DNA of 64,000 nucleotides from Squalus acanthias (taxonomy: Eukaryota): positions 35,774,001 to 35,838,000 of the forward strand of contig CM059438.1 in assembly GCA_030390025.1 (NCBI GenBank). The letters run 5' to 3'. Each line of letters begins with the position of its first letter. Positions within the stretch are counted from its first letter, which is position 1. The notes beneath the pieces were generated by a model. That model was not told the DNA's origin. It saw only the letters and a list, made by a program, of their open reading frames with translations, and searched no databases. Positions 62,945 through 64,000 of this stretch are shown here, in pieces. The position numbers and the translations under genes were made by a program.

Positions 62945-64000
62945 CTGAAAAACAAACAAAATGGTTAATTTTAAATGAGGTCTGACTCATCATTTTGCAG
63001 ACAGGCTCAAACAGCATGTGGCAAATGGGAATGAGTTAGTATCTGGGTATTGTGCACTGCAGACTGCATTAGCTGCCAGTCTAACTTTTTGCGTAGGTTT
63101 ACCCTACTTCTTTTAAATACTTATCATAGAGGTGACTATACTGCACAGTAGGTTAGCGCACTGTCCTTTCAGTGGTGGGAAGAGCATTGCCTCTCTAAGG
63201 ACTGCAAGGTTCCCAGTGACAGGGGTTGAAGTAGTCTCAAACGAGCATCGCCAAGACAAGACTGCCCAGAATTTAGCAGTGTCCGTCAGAAAGCTAGAAA
63301 GGCTATTAAAATGAATGGATAACGTATCTCAACAGTCAAACCTTGGAAACCCTGGTGTTTGGAATAAGCAGCAACATGTCCTTCACTAGATTTCAGAACA
63401 CAATCTGCTCGCCACTCAAATTCATTAAAAATTACAAAAAAAAGGCTGAATAAATGTTCAGCCAAATAGCCATGTCTCAAACTATAGATCAAACTCCTAA
63501 TTCCAGTTTCAAACAGGTTTAAAAAAGAAGTCTGAGGAGGAAACAAAGTACATGGACTGGACACAAAAATCTGCACCCTTCTCCAAAACAGCCCTGTGAA
63601 CCATGGTTTTCCATCATTTACCTCAACCAGTAGCTGGGGACCAGCTGAAGGAACAGAAAATACTTGCATGTACAGTAACGCTCGGATTTGCTCCTCCCGT
63701 CCCCTTGCAGGTGTGAAAGTAGGCCAGGGTGGGGGAGGCAGTCAGTGGTGTAAGAAGGGAACCACATTGCAATAGCAGAGACATCTGCAGGAGGGGGCAA
63801 TCAGGTGCCGTAGCAGTCATACTTTTCCTGACCCATAACCGAGTGAAACTACCTGCAGAGACCACTTTGGTCACCCATTGTCCCATATTAAAAGAAAAGT
63901 TTGTAATAACATGCAACAATTCAGGAATAGGAGATCAAGATAACCAGAGGCTTCCCCCCTCCCCCCCCCAGTTGTCAAAAAGTTAAAAGTAATTGTGCTG

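Larger units (their letters stand above)
1..64000 (-). other. MYOF: Myoferlin gene (ferlin family), internal portion; both ends outside the window
   Basis: 29 GT-AG exons splice in frame into a ferlin protein. Segments such as [37 protein letters not shown] and [10 protein letters not shown] match recalled myoferlin better than dysferlin. Confidence 0.93.

Noticed and set aside
1-64000. Prokaryotic systems (CRISPR arrays, retrons, operons) and the many short ORFs in the track
   Set aside because: No regularly spaced repeat-spacer array was seen. All RT motifs belong to decayed non-LTR retrotransposons, and the remaining short ORFs look like chance intronic frames.

Overview
Vertebrate genomic DNA, very likely a shark or other elasmobranch (HE1-type V-SINE, SacSINE1-like DeuSINE, shark-type CR1 LINEs). 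The whole window lies inside one minus-strand gene, myoferlin (MYOF). I traced 29 core GT-AG coding exons (about exons 10-16, 18-38 and 40 in recalled human numbering) from 62944 down to 2559 in one continuous reading frame. They encode the end of C2B, FerI/C2C, FerA, FerB, nested DysF, two further C2 domains and the linker before the C-terminal C2 pair. Both gene ends lie outside the window. Introns hold CR1, L2 and Tx1 LINE fragments, tRNA-SINEs, MITEs, Penelope-type termini with hammerhead motifs and a 186-N gap. Highlights: (1) two clusters of short frame-preserving candidate cassette exons in inter-domain linkers: a 39+36 nt pair at the exon-17 position, and a 57-nt exon-38a-like exon, a second 57-nt exon, a 66-nt candidate and a 9-nt microexon in the protease-sensitive linker; (2) a minimal hammerhead ribozyme with intact core; (3) an inverted CR1 pair bracketing a frame-closed 663-nt exon block; (4) an exact 34-nt exon copy in the adjacent intron. 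Exon boundaries were read by eye. Exon numbers and repeat family names come from recall, not database searches, and repeat boundaries are approximate.
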